Source: Octopus vulgaris
Taxonomy: Eukaryota
Reading direction: 5' to 3'
Assembly: GCA_951406725.2 (NCBI GenBank)
Contig: OX597815.1
Span: forward strand, 24,118,001-24,182,000
Length of the DNA: 64,000 bases
Shown here: piece by piece, positions 1-13,856 of the stretch
Position numbering within the stretch: position 1 is the stretch's first letter
Layout: every line of letters starts with the position of its first letter
Program-made: the position numbers and the translations under genes
The notes under the pieces: model-generated
Told to the model about the DNA's origin: nothing
The model's database searches: none
Seen by the model: the letters and a program-made list of their open reading frames with translations, nothing else

Positions 1-154
1 ATATCGACCCCAGTGCGTAACTGGTACTTATTTAATCGACCCCGAAAGGATGAAAGTAGACCTCGGCGGAATTTGAACTCAGAACGTAGCGGCAGACGAA
101 ATACCGCTAAGCATTTCGCCCGGCGTGCTAACGTTTCTGCCACCTCACCGCCTT
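1..154 (-). mobile_element. SINE family A (tRNA-like head, Nin/Deu-like central domain), cut by the window edge
   Basis: Reverse complement reads AAGGCGGTGAG..GTTAGCACGCCGGGCGAAATG..GAGTTCAAATTCC (box B-like)..TTTCATCCTTTCGGGGTCGAT. More than 20 related copies occur in the window. Confidence 0.85.
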
Positions 155-876
155 GAGGACTTCAAAAATACCAACAGTATAACGATTGTGTCAGTTCGCA
201 AAGTGGAGAGGGAGGCTACATGTATGTTTATGTATGTAAGTATGCACGTATGTATGCATGCATACATGTGTGCATATGTGCATGTAGGCCTAAAAATATA
301 TACGCACAGCTGTACGCACGTACGTGTGTATGTTTGTGTGTATGTATTTAGGTATATACATACTTACAGACAGACAAAAACACGCATATTAAGAAACTAG
401 ACTCTTTTGAAAGCAGATACATCTGAGAGATGCTTGACGTCAAACTACAGGACATAGTGTATATATTAAGTGGCCACAGAGAGAAGTTTAAAGAGCACCA
501 TGTGTCCATCTGCAAACGGTCTCTGTTGGATAAGTCATCTCCTCCGTGTCTGTCAACCAATGTTTGGAATAGAATTTCTAGCAGGTCAGTTGAAGAGAGA
601 ACAAACCGAGATCAAGAGGAATCTGTGCCTGATCAACAGATGCTGTAACGATACTACAAAACTGACGAAGATTGTTAATCGGTTGCGCACTCTGGCCTTC
701 TCCGATAAATCTTTCTTATTTGAATCGCAGCCTGTCGCTTAGTGGCCCTTGAGATCATATGGATAAGGTAGTCAAAGCTCATTTTGCAACAACGTGTTTT
801 AGGGGTCAGTTACACTAAGCGGTACCGTGGGCAAGTGGCTTCTTTTATAACCCCTAGGGTACTAATACAATATAAT

Positions 877-1147
877 ATCACCGTGATCACCGTGACCGAC
901 CATGATATCAGATGTTGCTACACATCGCTGGTCACAATGCGCTTCGCATTGTTTTTGCTTTCAAATGACGCCATCCCGCTGGCTAAGCGAGTAGGCCAAC
1001 AGAGGAAAGAGTGAGAGAAAGTTGTGGTGAAAGAGTACAGCAGGGAGATTTAGGTGCTTTTGCTCAATAAACACACAGAACGACCGGTCTGGGGATCGAA
1101 ACCGCGATCCTACGACCGCGAGTCCACTGGGCCATTGCGCCTCCACA
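877..1147 (-). mobile_element. tRNA-derived SINE, head H1 plus tail T1
   Basis: Head GGAGGCGCAATGGCCCAGTGG..GGTTTCGATCCC and body CTTTCACCACAACTTTCTCTCACTCTT are shared with copies at 40506 and 56153; the 3' tail differs and ends GGTCACGGTGATCACGGTGA. Confidence 0.75.
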
Positions 1148-1425
1148 TAATATAATATAATATAATATGTCGACGTTTGTTTGTCTTTGTAACTGTTGTT
1201 GCTTCTACCCACCACTTGATAACCGGGGTTGATCTGTAACTTAGCGCTTCGGTAAAAGGGCTGGTAAAATAAGTACCGGTAAAAGAGCCGGTAAAATAAA
1301 AACAAGCTCTGTGAGTGATTTGTTCGACTAAACCCACCATGGCCACAGTCCAGTGACTGAAACAAGTAAAAAATAAAGATAAAAGACAAAAGAAAGAGAA
1401 AGTTGCGTATGTAGATGTGTATAAG

Positions 1426-2185
1426 TGGTACTCCGTCGGTTACGACGACGAGTGTTCCAATTGAACCGATCAGCGGAAGAGCTTGCTCATGAAACTAACG
1501 TGCAATTGGCTAAGCACTTCTCAGACACGTGTACCCTTAACATAATTCTCAGAGAAATTCAGCGTGACACATAATGTGACAAAGTGGACCCTTTGAAACA
1601 CAGATCCTACTCAATTTAGTCAGTTGGACTTTTTCTGTTTGAACGGCAGTTTTTAACATAATTTCTAGGTAACTAAAACATTTTAAACTTCGTATACTGG
1701 TAGAATGTGTTTATAAAACATCTTTTACTCTTGGCTTTATTGAGAAAATTCTATAGTTTGTAAGATATTTGTTGTTTTTTTTTTTCTTCAATTTCTGCAA
1801 TTTCAACCAATCAATGGCTGTCTATTGAGGTGAAAACATTCTGTGCCGTATGAATATATCCCTCGTTTAAGAAACAGATTGGGTTTATTTACATTTCTGA
1901 AGAAAAAAAAGATACCCTTCCCCCACCCCTAACCCTAACCCTAACCCTAAAACAGATTGAAATGCAATAGATCGATACTAGGGTCATAATTATGGGTGAC
2001 AGTTTCATATGACACCGCTAGAAAAAACTGCCGGTCAAACCGAAAAGATCCAATCGGTTGAGTGAACTGAAGCAACGCGAAATAAAGTATCTTGCTCAAG
2101 GAGCACAACGCATCACCGGGAATCGAACTCACCTCCTTTTCGACCGTGAGCCGAATACCCTAACCACTAAGCTATGCGCCTTCAC
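1426..2185 (-). mobile_element. tRNA-derived SINE, head H2 plus tail T2, interrupted by a MITE at 1626-2051
   Basis: Head GAAGGCGCATAGCTTAGTGGTTAGGG..GAGTTCGATTCCC; the tail matches 56360-56530; SINE sequence resumes on both sides of the MITE. Confidence 0.75.
1626..2051 (+). mobile_element. MITE family C (~28-bp TIRs, internal (CCCTAA)4), Merlin-like
   Basis: TIRs GGACTTTTTCTGTTTGAACGGCAGTTTTT and AAAAACTGCCGGTCAAACCGAAAAGATCC; degenerate 8-bp TSD AGTCAGTT/AATCGGTT. Confidence 0.85.
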
Positions 2186-2389
2186 TATGTGTGCAACAAT
2201 GCGTTGCCCAATACCCAGCTTTCTGCATTGAGTTTTATGATACTTGAAGGTAGTGTGACATTTTTACCAAAGCAGTACCTAATTGGCTATCCACATTAGT
2301 GTTCTTTAACAGTGCCGGATGAGAGTGACAGCCAATGAGAGGTTTGCACGTTAAAAATATCGAAGATCATGACTTATATAGGGAGGTAG

Positions 2390-2393
<4 letters not shown>

Positions 2394-2440
<47 letters not shown>

Positions 2441-2603
2441 GTGAGAGTGAGTGAGAGAGAAAGAGTTAACTAATGTGTGTATTCATGTGTGTGTGTGTGT
2501 ATTCGTGTGTGCGCGCGCGCGTACGCATGAGCACACACACACGTGTTGGATGTGAGAGAGACAATAGAGTAGTAGTAGTAGTAGTAGTAACGGTGGTGGT
2601 GGC

Positions 2604-2647
<44 letters not shown>

Positions 2648-2648
2648 C

Positions 2649-2679
<31 letters not shown>

Positions 2680-2723
2680 ACGGTGGTGGTGGTAGTAGTA
2701 GTAGCGGTGGTGGTGGTGGTGGC

Positions 2724-2757
<34 letters not shown>

Positions 2758-2808
2758 GTAACGGTGGTGGTGGTGGTGGTGGTGACAGTGGTGGTGGTGG
2801 TGGTGGTA
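2394..2808. repeat. (GA)n followed by compound (GTA)n/(GTG)n microsatellites
   Basis: Directly visible; source of the poly-V and poly-L/P ORFs. Confidence 0.95.
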
Positions 2809-3145
2809 GCTGCAGCAAACAGTTTGTACGACTGCAGGTGGTTGGAGGTCTTCGGAAAAGTGATAACAGAGGAATTTAGAGACGTGGAGAGAGGAGAGAG
2901 ACTTTAAACCAGAGCAGCTTGCAAGACTTCACCGCTGACACCCCCAGGCAGGAGTGGGAGGGAGAAAGAATTCTACATAAAGCCCTGGTACCACTTTTTC
3001 AGAGCTGAGAGTTGGAGTCTGGACAGCAGGGATGATATAAAGATAGAGGATAAGAAATTTTCTGTCTCTGAGAAGAAATAATTTCTGGTTTGCGTGTTTA
3101 GTAGGGAATAGTGACTAAGGTCAAGGCTGGCTAAATATGTGTAGA

Positions 3146-3225
3146 ATACATACATACATACATACATACATACATACATACATACATACATACATACATA
3201 CATACGTATATATACATATATATAT

Positions 3226-3276
<51 letters not shown>

Positions 3277-3321
3277 TACACATAAATATACACATACATA
3301 CATATATATATATACACATAA

Positions 3322-3383
<62 letters not shown>

Positions 3384-3659
3384 ATATATATATAATTCGT
3401 TTTGGGACACACAAACATGAGTATGCAGGCAGAATACATACATACAAACGTACACACATACATATATACATACATACATACATATTCAGCGATACATACA
3501 TACATATATATACATACACACACGCACATACATACATGCATACACACACGCATACATACATCCATCCATCCATCCATCCATCCATACATACATACATACA
3601 TACATACATACATACATACATACATACATACATACATACATACATACATACATGTGTAT

Positions 3660-3701
<42 letters not shown>

Positions 3702-3903
3702 ATACACATGCGCACAAACAAACAAAAAGAACGCAGCTTCAATAACGGACAGAGTGAACAAGTATTGAAAAGGTTGCAAGACCCAACGAAGATTTTAGAA
3801 AAATAAATAAGTAAATGAGTGGAAATGTTAACGGTGTGTGTGTTAAATTATAAGGTATTAAAAGAGAATGACTCTCCCCAGACACAACAGTATGTGTGCG
3901 TGT

Positions 3904-3974
<71 letters not shown>

Positions 3975-4178
3975 CACACACACATATACACATATATATA
4001 TATGTATATATATATACATATATACATGCACACACATATATATGTATATACACACACACATATATACATGTATATATATATATATTTATATATACATACA
4101 CATATATATATAGATACGCGCACATATATATGTGTATACACACACGCTCATGCATATATATATACATACATATATATG

Positions 4179-4232
<54 letters not shown>

Positions 4233-4385
4233 TGTCTGTCTGTCTGTCTGTCTGTGTGTCTGTGTATGTGTGTATGTATGTATGTGCATGTATGTACATA
4301 CAGGTATACATACACATGAAAACATACTATACATACACGATCCATACATACATGCATATACATATATTTATATGTGTGTGCGTGT
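3146..4385. repeat. Compound microsatellite block (ATAC/AT/CA/ATAG/GT) surrounding a family-D repeat
   Basis: Directly visible tandem 2-4-mers. Confidence 0.95.
3700..3890 (+). mobile_element. Interspersed repeat family D, putative Penelope-like pseudo-LTR fragment
   Basis: Homologous to 23212-23400 (opposite strand) and 54085-54400; embedded in microsatellite; contains TTGAAAAG-GTTGCAAGACCCAAC-GAAG. Confidence 0.5.
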
Positions 4386-4683
4386 ATTAAAATTATAATT
4401 TAGGGTATCTAAGAGATACCACTTCGCTGGAAATAGCTGCCAAAACTTGACTCTAAAACCATATTAGATCATTTTAATAATAATTATTACCTTTGAAGGC
4501 TTTTATTCTCATGCTGGCCACCTGATAAAATCGCTATTTAAATAACGATCTTATCCTTATATATATGTTTGTGTGGGGGTGGGGGTGAATATATGTATAA
4601 ATATGTGTACGTGTATGTATGTATATACATATATATGTTTGTGTGTGTATGTATGCATGTATGTATGTATGTATGTATCTGTG

Positions 4684-4765
<82 letters not shown>

Positions 4766-5714
4766 AAAGCCATGTACATACATTTTTATATGAATGTAAT
4801 TGTCTGTAGGAGTGGTTCATGTGTTCGTGCATGTGTGTGTATGTATGTTTGTGTGTGTATGTGTGTGTGTGTGTATGTGTGTATGTACGTGTGTATGTAT
4901 GTGTGTGTGTGTCTGTGTATGAAGAAGTGAAGTGTGTTATTCGTGGCATTTCAAATATTTCATGTTGTACACTCTCATTATTTACGCGAGGAAATGATAG
5001 GATAGAATGTCTCTTTATTTGTTTGTGAATCGTCTACTTTTTCAAGCTGAAAATATGTCAAACTTTTTTGCTTTAATCATTTATCTGTTTAGTTATTTAT
5101 TTACATTTTGTTTAATAGTTTGTTGTCGTTTTTCTCCTCCCAACTTCCCTTCAATCTTTCTTTCCATCCTTCCATCCTTTCTCTGTTCTTCCCTTCCATT
5201 TCATATATTTATTTATTCATATATTTTCAGGCATTTGTCATCGCTCAGCCTTTTCCTTTCGTTTCACACTCCCCACTTGTAAAGTTGTTTTGAATACGTT
5301 TAAAAGCCATTTGTTTATCAACAGCTTTGTAAACTTTCTAAAATTATACATCTTTTACTTAACTAAATCGACTATTTCAAGAGTTAAACGATGAATGTTT
5401 GATGGGAGTGTATGTATAGGGGTGAATAGGAGGTGGAGGACGCGGACAGGGGCAACCAGAGCTCATGGTTTACCGATGATCACCATGTCGATCGCTTTCG
5501 TTCGGCGTCCCAGCTGGAAACCTATGTTCTTGGGATAGGAGAGTTTCCCGAAATACTCTGCTCACTGAAGAAGAAAATGATACGAGAACATGCGTCATTT
5601 GATAAGTCAGCCTGCGAAGGTGTTACTAGTTCTAGTTCATGTACTTCGACCCTAACCTCCTCTAAATTAATTGAAGAAGTAAAACTTGCAGAAGAAAAAA
5701 AAAAAAAATTTCTT

Positions 5715-6110
5715 CTTTATTCCTTATGTTTGACTTGTTTCAGTCATTGGACTGCGGCCATTCTGGAGCACTTCCGCGAAGGTTTTAGTCGGACAAATCG
5801 CCCACAGTGCTAAAATATTTTAAAGACAGGTATTTATTCTATCGGTCACTTTTTCCCGAACCACTAAGTTATGAGGACGTAAACAAACCAGAACTGGTTG
5901 TTAAGTGAAGTGGGGAGACAAACAAACACACACACACACACACACATGACGGGCTTCTTTCAGTTTCTGTATGCCAAATCCATCCACAGGGCTTTGGTCG
6001 GTTCGGAGCCATAATAGAAGACACTTGCCCAAAGTACCGCACAGTGGGACTGAACCGAAGAACTGCATGGCCAGAAAGCAAGCTATTCAACCACACAGCC
6101 GTGCCTACGC
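5715..6110 (-). mobile_element. SINE family B (CORE-like, internal microsatellite), diverged copy
   Basis: Colinear with 10015-10440 in reverse orientation. Confidence 0.8.
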
Positions 6111-6801
6111 CTAACCATTTTATCCAGACCTCTCTACTACTTTTATTTAAAAAAAAAAAAACTTGCTGAGTGAGTAGGGAGGAGCAATACCCATGATTTT
6201 TGCAGACCCTCGGAGATTTGATGAAGATAATGTTCTGTTTAAAATATTGCAAGACAAATACCCGCAGGGGAGGAATTACAACTGTGTTTCATGGTCTGCT
6301 ACCACAACAGCTCCTTTATAGGATCCAGTTAGCTCAAGACATCATCAGGAGGAACTACATCCGGTTTCGGCCCCTACTCCTCTACCGTTTTGACGTGCCC
6401 CCTCCCCTTCGGAGGTGTCTTCAGCTCTGGTGTTGGGTGCATGTCTTCTTTCTTCTTTCTTTTGTTCCCTGGTCTCATTCTAAGGGCCGATGTTTAGTGG
6501 AAACTGGATAAACTGGGTAGTGTGGAAGCAGGGACGGGATGGGATAGGATGGGATGGGGGCTGTTGGGCGCAACAAAAGTAAGTAGAGATGGAGAGACGA
6601 ATGGGTGCTGAGTGCTTGAGTGGAGGAGGCACGAGACCAGCCGGCTCTGTGGAGCAGAAGCCATTATAGTAGAATTATGTTTCCTGTAATTCGATAGTTT
6701 GATAATCGGCACTGATAAATGCCCAATCATTTACTAATCTGAACTATCTATACTTAACTATTCTCGCCTACCTATGTGTCTAGACCACCACAAGATCTAG
6801 T

Positions 6802-7106
6802 CCTTGTTGCTGTGTGGTGGCTTATGTGTTTCGGTGGCCCTGATAACTATGCCAGCTGAGTACAAGCTCCTGGTAGGATCTTCCATACTGAACAGGTCAG
6901 ACTAATATGGACCACCTCTTCCCAGAGATAAAAATGGGTTTGCGATAGGTCAACACTCCTAGCTAAGAAAAAAGCCAAGTTACAGAAGCATCGATGACAA
7001 TTCAAAACCAACAAAACCTGGGAGAGGAAGACCTTCTTTCAGAGTTGAGAACAGTAAAGGAAAGTTGTCGATGGTCTATGCTCCAAAGGAAGCAAAGGGC
7101 TTAAGT
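6802..7106 (+). mobile_element. Internally deleted RTE-clade LINE derivative (5'UTR-like part joined to 3' tail)
   Basis: The 5' part GGTGGCTTATGTGTTTCGGTGGCCCTGATAACTATGCC..GCTCCTGGTAGG resembles RTE 5'UTRs; the 3' part GTCGATGGTCTATGCTCCAAAGGAAGCAAAGGGCTTAAGT resembles RTE tails. Recognition only, not searched. Confidence 0.5.
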
Positions 7107-8426
7107 GTTTGGACGATACAACAACTCTCTGAGCACACTTCAATTTTTTTCTCAGATGCAAAGCCCAGCCTTCACCCCCCAGTCTCTCATTCTCCATAAG
7201 TTCATGTTTATTTCTTAATCAACGCAACACATCACATATCTTACTATCGCATACATCCATGATCACAGAACCCTTTTGTACAATAGGTTAGCTAAGTAAC
7301 TGAAGTTCCTTTAATCAGCCGTGTGCTAACTTCTTTTGCCAGCAAATGAACTTCTCCTCTGACATGTCCGATCTACCGAGGATGTTAGAATTCCCAAACC
7401 TACGAGTCACTTCAGTTGACGATCACTGCTTACAATACGCGGAGGATGTTACCCATTATCACCGAATGACAGACGTTTACTCACCATCGCAACATCTCCA
7501 ATGAAATAATTAGGAAAAGAAAAGGTTCCCTCCAAGCATTGTATGACTAGCAAGCTTTCTCGCAACCCCCTCCTGACTCTGCATAACAATATACAATAAT
7601 AATATACCATTATAATATACATAACAATAATAATAATATCCTTATTTAGAGTTCGTTTGAATTTAATTTTGTTGTAATTATCTTTATAGTTCTATTCTAG
7701 AAGAAAAGAAACTACAGAGGGAGAGTTTAGTAGAAAGGTTTCACTTTACTGATGAGGACACGTTATACGGAAATATACTTGAAGTTGTCTCCCTTACTTG
7801 ACAAAAAATTTTAGAAATATCTTTTTTCCTCTACATCTCTTATTTCCTTCTATAAAGTTTTCTGATACAAATTGCATTTGATAAATTATCACTTAATTAG
7901 GGCTGTTCCAATATTTATCTGGTACCTTTTTTTGCCGTTCTGAAAGTATTAAAAGGCGGGAGAGACCCTCAGTTATGTTCGAACAATGAATGTAAAAATA
8001 ATTCGTAATAAAATATAATCCCACGCATTTCTGAACTCTTTTTCTTCGGCAATTTAACCTCATAAGTTTCGTTGACATTAATGCCTTCCATAACCAAGTC
8101 TGCATCTTTCTTAGAAAACACTACTCCATCTTTTACTCAGACACTGCTGGCCAAAGCAACTCCGTCGTCGTTCCTGATATGGAACGGCTTGCGAATGTAA
8201 TTTTATGTTATTATCTTTAAGCGTTTTATCGTCGTTAATTATTATTGGGTATATGAGATAAATTTGATCAACTTCTGGTTTACGCAGCCATCCACTCGTA
8301 CACATATATACATAACCATATATATATATATATATATATACGTACATACGTGCATACACACTCATATATGATTATACCTAAGATGTAGAGATCTATTTAT
8401 ATGCACATACAATCTGAAATGATTGT

Positions 8427-8427
<1 letters not shown>

Positions 8428-8499
<72 letters not shown>

Positions 8500-8732
8500 C
8501 AGAGAGAGACAGAGAGAGACAGAGAGAGACAGAGAGACAGAGAGACAGAGAGACAGAGAGACTGAGAGACAGAGTGGGTTGAGAGGGAGAGGGAGAGGAG
8601 GAGAGAGAGAGTGAATGAATGACTGAACGAGTGAACGATCGAGTAATAGAGAGTGTGAGTGAGTGAGTGAGTGAGTGAGTGATCGAGTGAGTAATAGAGA
8701 TAAAGACAGAGGGGAGGGAGAGAGAGAGAGAG
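8428..8732. repeat. (GA)n / (GAGACAGA)n / (GAGT)n microsatellite
   Basis: Directly visible. Confidence 0.95.
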
Positions 8733-9514
8733 TGTCAATTACGTGGTTCCGAACTAGTAGTAATATTTGCACGTATCCAATCAAACTTGGTAACCAATAA
8801 GTCGATATTGTTATCGATTTTTCTTGTAAGTAGCCATGACTACAACTATCCATTATACTTTCTAGAGGCCGTGCATAGATATTAGATATATAGATATTTC
8901 AGTTTTAGCCAGAGATATGTGTCTCGTGTATTGCATATTATCTGTACACAGTTTCATGTCATTCTCATGGACTATGAAACCAGTTTTTCAGGTCACAGCG
9001 CTCTATATAACAATTGTTAAACTTAATTTATTTGATAGAAATAAATACAAACAGATTTATGAAAATAGAGAAGGAAAAGACAAAATAACACACAACTGCT
9101 TCGGCAACGGTAACAATAGGAACACCAACTTTCCGAATAGCGAACTGTTTTGATAAATATGACAAACAGACGGGATAGAAGTGAACGTGGGATAGAACAG
9201 ATAGATACTTGGTTTTGTCGGAAGGTCGATAAATCGTGATGAATAGCACACAAAGCAAAAAATAAATAGATAGATAAATAAATAAATAATAATGAAGTTG
9301 CGGCTGTTTTGACTCAAAGTACTTCAAGTATTTCTTTACACATTTAAATTCGTGTGCTGGTTTTACTACTTACCCAGCTATTCCAACCCAGATTGTTCGA
9401 TTGTCTTTTGCCATGCGACTATTTATTTCGACCTCACTTCACTTCCAAGTTGTTCTTGTTATATTACTTTATCGCAACAGTCAACCCTAATCGAACAGAG
9501 TCACCACATGGATA

Positions 9515-9738
9515 TATTTCTTTACTGCCCACAAGGGGCTAAACATAGAGGGGACAAACAAGGACAGACAAAGGGAGTAAGTCAATTACATTGACCCCAG
9601 TGCGAAACTAGTACTTTATTTATCGACCTCGAAAGGATGAAAGGTAAAGTCGACCTCGGCGGAATTTGAACTCAGAACATAACAGACGAAATACCGCTAA
9701 GCACTTCGCCCGGCGCGCTAACGTTTCTGCCAGCTCGC
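9515..9738 (-). mobile_element. SINE family A, near full length
   Basis: Colinear with 42636-42880; ACATGGATA/CCATGGATA flanks resemble a TSD. Confidence 0.85.
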
Positions 9739-10014
9739 CCATGGATAGTCGGTTAAACTAATTAGGTACGATCCACGGGTCCCACTTCTTCTGATGTTGT
9801 AATGTCCAAACTAACAAACCGTACCACGTACATCTCTCAATCGTATTGGATTGTCCCATACAGCAGTGGCTAACATTTTGATAGTTGCTATTTGACAGTT
9901 TGGATATGTTGTAATCTAATCATCTACTTCTGCACATTCGTTGCTGTTTAAGTACCGATTGAGATGGAAGATGTTTGTGTCTTTTTGTAAATATAGAACT
10001 TCAACATACTTCAT

Positions 10015-10186
10015 AGGCGCAGGAGTGGCTGTGTGGTAAGTAGCTTGCTTACGAACCACATGGTTCCGGGTTCAGTCCTACTGCGTTGCACCTTGGGCAA
10101 GTGTCTTTTACTATAGCCTCGGGCCGACCAAAACCTTGTAAGTGGATTTGGTAGACGGAAACTGAAAGAAGCCCGTCGTATATATC

Positions 10187-10221
<35 letters not shown>

Positions 10222-10440
10222 GTGTGTGTGTGTATCTGTGTTTGTCCCCCCAACATCGCTTGACAACCGATGCTGGTGTGTTTAGGTCCCCGTAACTTAG
10301 CGGTTCGGCAAAAGAGACCGATAGAATAAGTACTAGGCTTACAAAGAATAAGTCCTGGGGTCGATTTGATTCAACTAAAGGCGGTGTTCCAGCATGGCCG
10401 CAGTCAAATGACTGAAACAAGTAAAAAAGAGTAAAAGAGT
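10015..10440 (+). mobile_element. SINE family B, full length
   Basis: tRNA-like head GGCGCAGGAGTGGCTGTGTGGTAAG..GGGTTCAGTCC; CORE-like CCTTGGGCAAGTG; internal (TA)n(TG)n; tail ends in GTAAAAGA-type repeats. Confidence 0.88.
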
Positions 10441-10814
10441 ATACAGTGTTTCCAACGTGTTTAAGATAGTGGAGTGGGCCTCGAGAGAAATTTGGCTGCT
10501 GCTTTTAGTAGATCAGGCGACTGTATAAAGGCTTTTGCTGATTCTGGTGGCACCAAAACAGAGTCGAGTGAAATGAACTCAGCTATACGGCACCAGCTGC
10601 GCTTCTTTTTTGTGCGCGCGCGTGTATATGTGTATCTGGACTGAATGGGTGATATTGCTTTTGGGATAGTATTGTAGTTGCACTTCCATTGCCAGAGAGG
10701 GCTCGACAGGTTTATGGCTGGTGATGGATCCATTTTAAATATTGAGAGCTCCTAACACCCGATCGAAATCTTGGTTTCCCCTATGAGTAGTGTTCTGGGA
10801 TGTTGTACATTTAG

Positions 10815-11428
10815 AGAGTAAGACAGAATTTATCACGACCTCTTCCAAGTTAACTGAACTTAAATCGCTCAATAATATATCAATCAAAAACGTTGACGAA
10901 TTCAAATATCTTGGATCACGCATAGTAGACTCCCAAAAGGACTTTCGCATCCACAAATCTCTTGCTTGTGATGCATGTAACAGACTTGATAAGATCTGGC
11001 ACTCAAACCTTCCACCTACGTTAAAAGTTAAAATATTTAGAAGACTGACTGAACCGGTCCTTCTCTATGGATCAGAGACCTGGACCTTATCGGCTCTCTT
11101 AGAAAAACAACTAGATGGAAAATATACCATCCTGTTCAGAAAGATACAGAACATCAGTTGGAGATCACACCCAACACTTAGTAACATCTACGGATATCGG
11201 ATACCAATATCCCTCAAGCTAAAGCAGAAACGGTTACAATTTGCTGGCCACTGCCATCGAGCGGAGAAAGAAGTTATCTCATCCCTGCTCCTATGGTATC
11301 CCTGACATTTTCAGATACTATATCTCGGGACTCAGGGCTGGATATTAGAGATCTGAACACAGTAGTGTGGAAAAGTATTGTCAATGGAGCTCCAACCAAC
11401 CATAGGCTGGTCGAAGGATGATGATGAT
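10815..11428 (+). mobile_element. 5'-truncated RTE-clade LINE, reverse transcriptase C-terminal region (ORF 10790-11305)
   Basis: Translation shows KTE..V.EFKYLGS, L.KIW.S.L...LKVKIF, PVLLYGSETWTL, I.NISW and KRLQFAGHC.R motifs; 3' (GAT)n tail; premature stop at 11305. Confidence 0.92.
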
Positions 11429-12159
11429 TTGTTTGCTTCGGAGTTATGCTTGCAGAGACGGGTACTGCGTCCTTCGTATATCAAGCTGTTCTCTCATCTT
11501 AGTAATTTTGGTTCTTTATGAAGGGAGTAGTTATAGTCTTTTTTAAAGTTCATTGTGGTTTCTAAGAAAAGATTAGGGAGCATCAGACAGGGCTGGTATA
11601 ACCCATAAGGGTTAACATGCAGTTTAGAGTCCTAAAAATGTAAAAGTAAATTATAGAAATTGCAAGTAACGACAGTGAAATCCCATAAGTTAATTATATT
11701 TATATAAAATGAAAGGCATGTATAAAACATACATTTAGCCTTTTCTCGGTTTCTGAACCAGTTTTGCTTCATATAATCATAATAGATGACCATGTAGATA
11801 GAGCATCATTCGTTCGACATAGTTTTCTGGGATTCTTTTTGTGGAGTATCCACCGCCTTTCGATAGTCTATGTATGGATGCTCTTATTGTCGGGTCAGCA
11901 AAATTTAAAGAACGTCACAACTGTATGTATGTGACCTAAACTAACGTATGAGGCCCTGTTGCTTTTCACCAGTGCTCATTGTTGAGTGTACTACAATGCA
12001 GCGGCATACATCAACTGCTATTTTAGAAATGCTCACGCTATCATCACTATAGGATAATATATAACTAAGAACCCATATTTCTGAAATTAAGGGATTTCGT
12101 TGCTGTCACTTCCAGTGCAATTTACTTTGAATTTTTTCGACACTAAACTGCATTTTTTC

Positions 12160-12376
12160 TTTTCTTTTATTCTTTTACTTGTTTCAGTCATTTGACTGCG
12201 GCCATGCTGGAGCACCGCCTTTAGTCGAGCAAATCGACCCCGGGACTTATTCTTTGTAAGCCCAGTACTTATTCTATCGGTCTCTTTTGCCGAACCGCTA
12301 AGTGACGGGGACGTAAACACACCAGCATCGGTTATCAAGCAATGCTAGGGAGACAAACACAGACACACAAACACAT

Positions 12377-12441
<65 letters not shown>

Positions 12442-12603
12442 TACGACAGGCTTCTTTCAGTTTCCATCTACCAAATCCACTCACAAGGCATTGGTCGGCC
12501 CGAGGCTATAGCAGAAGACACTTGCCCAAGATGCCACGCAGTGGGACTGAACCCGGAACCATGTGGGTTGGTTAGCAAGCTACTTACCACACAGCCACTC
12601 CTA
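12160..12603 (-). mobile_element. SINE family B, full length
   Basis: Reverse complement of the 10015-10440 pattern. Confidence 0.88.
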
Positions 12604-12866
12604 CCCATCCTTGCTGAATCCCATATATTGTTTGTACGCTATGCTGTTGTTTCTGAGGACGTTGTGGAGGTGATATTGTATGTAATTCGTAGCATTTTTG
12701 TTTTCAGTGCATGCATGTGGTATATTTACGTGGTTGAACCCGATATTGATAATATTTTAAGTTTTTTGGTGTTAGTGGTAAAAATGGAATTGATGGATTC
12801 AGTAAGCGCTATTTAAGTATCTTGTTTGGGGAACCAGGCTTTAGAGTAATTGCTGTAGCTTCTAAA

Positions 12867-13098
12867 TACGAGATGATATCAAGAAGTTCTCCGGCTCGTT
12901 ATGTTTAATAAAAAGTAACTTATTTACCTAAGTTTTAGCATAATATCCCTCGAAATGGTCACCTTGCACATCAATACACCGGCCCCAGCGTTCCTGCCAC
13001 TTTTGGAAACCGGCCTGGCAGTGGTTTTCCGTACGCAAATCGAGGACCTTCTGCGATGCGTTCTTGATTTCGACAATGGTATTAAAATGGCGGACCTT
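12867..13098 (-). mobile_element. mariner/Tc1-superfamily transposon 3' fragment (transposase C-terminus plus TIR)
   Basis: Minus frame reads RHFNTIVEIKNASQKVLDLRTENHCQAGFQKWQERWGRCIDVQGDHFEG, the mariner RW.KC....G.YFE terminus; TA-CGAGATGATATCAAGAAGTT TIR-like end at 12867. Confidence 0.88.
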
Positions 13099-13386
13099 AA
13101 CATAACAAGTCTATGAAGAGAAAGAGGGGGAGAGAGAGAGGGTGAGAGAGAGGGAGAGAGAGAGAGAGAGGCTGGGGAGCGAGGGAGAAAAAGAAAGCTA
13201 GAAACTTCCTAGTGAGCCAATTAATTATTTATTAATTTACAAAAGAGATACTGGGTTATAATTTAATATGCGATTCAGTCAAACTTGTAATAAACAGAAA
13301 TAAGTTATCGAATAAAGAGCGTACGTAATTGCTGCATCATTAACATGAGGTCAGTGAGCGCATAGAACACACATGCTTACATTTAC

Positions 13387-13487
<101 letters not shown>

Positions 13488-13572
13488 GTATGTGTAGGAG
13501 GTGTTTGTGTGGATATACATATATATATATATATATATGTACATGCACGCATATATAAACATACATGTGTGT

Positions 13573-13629
<57 letters not shown>

Positions 13630-13797
13630 GTGTGTCAGTGGTTATTAGCTAATGAAAGCGATCTCAGCTGATTATAATATAGTGCAATGCAAACACTTAA
13701 TTGCAGAAAAAAATGTACCAGAACTAACAGAATCCATTTATGAAAATAACAATAGGAAGAAACATATATAAGAGACAGACAGACAGATATTGTCAAA

Positions 13798-13856
<59 letters not shown>

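Noticed and set aside
1927-1950. (CCCTAA)4 as a telomere or fusion scar
   Set aside because: It is an internal part of MITE C and recurs in its other full-length copies.
2473-5028. Long ORFs rich in YI, CV, HT, MYVC or poly-V, with similar ones at 13.3, 23, 25.2, 30, 42, 45.7 and 61.6 kb
   Set aside because: Stop-free translations of microsatellites, open in several frames on both strands.
5433-5813. 126-aa ORF
   Set aside because: Non-ATG start, no recognisable domain, and it runs through poly-A into a SINE-B tail.
6340-6430. Minus-strand CTGAAGA..GAAACCGGATGTA hammerhead-like motif
   Set aside because: Stems I and II do not pair in the required register.
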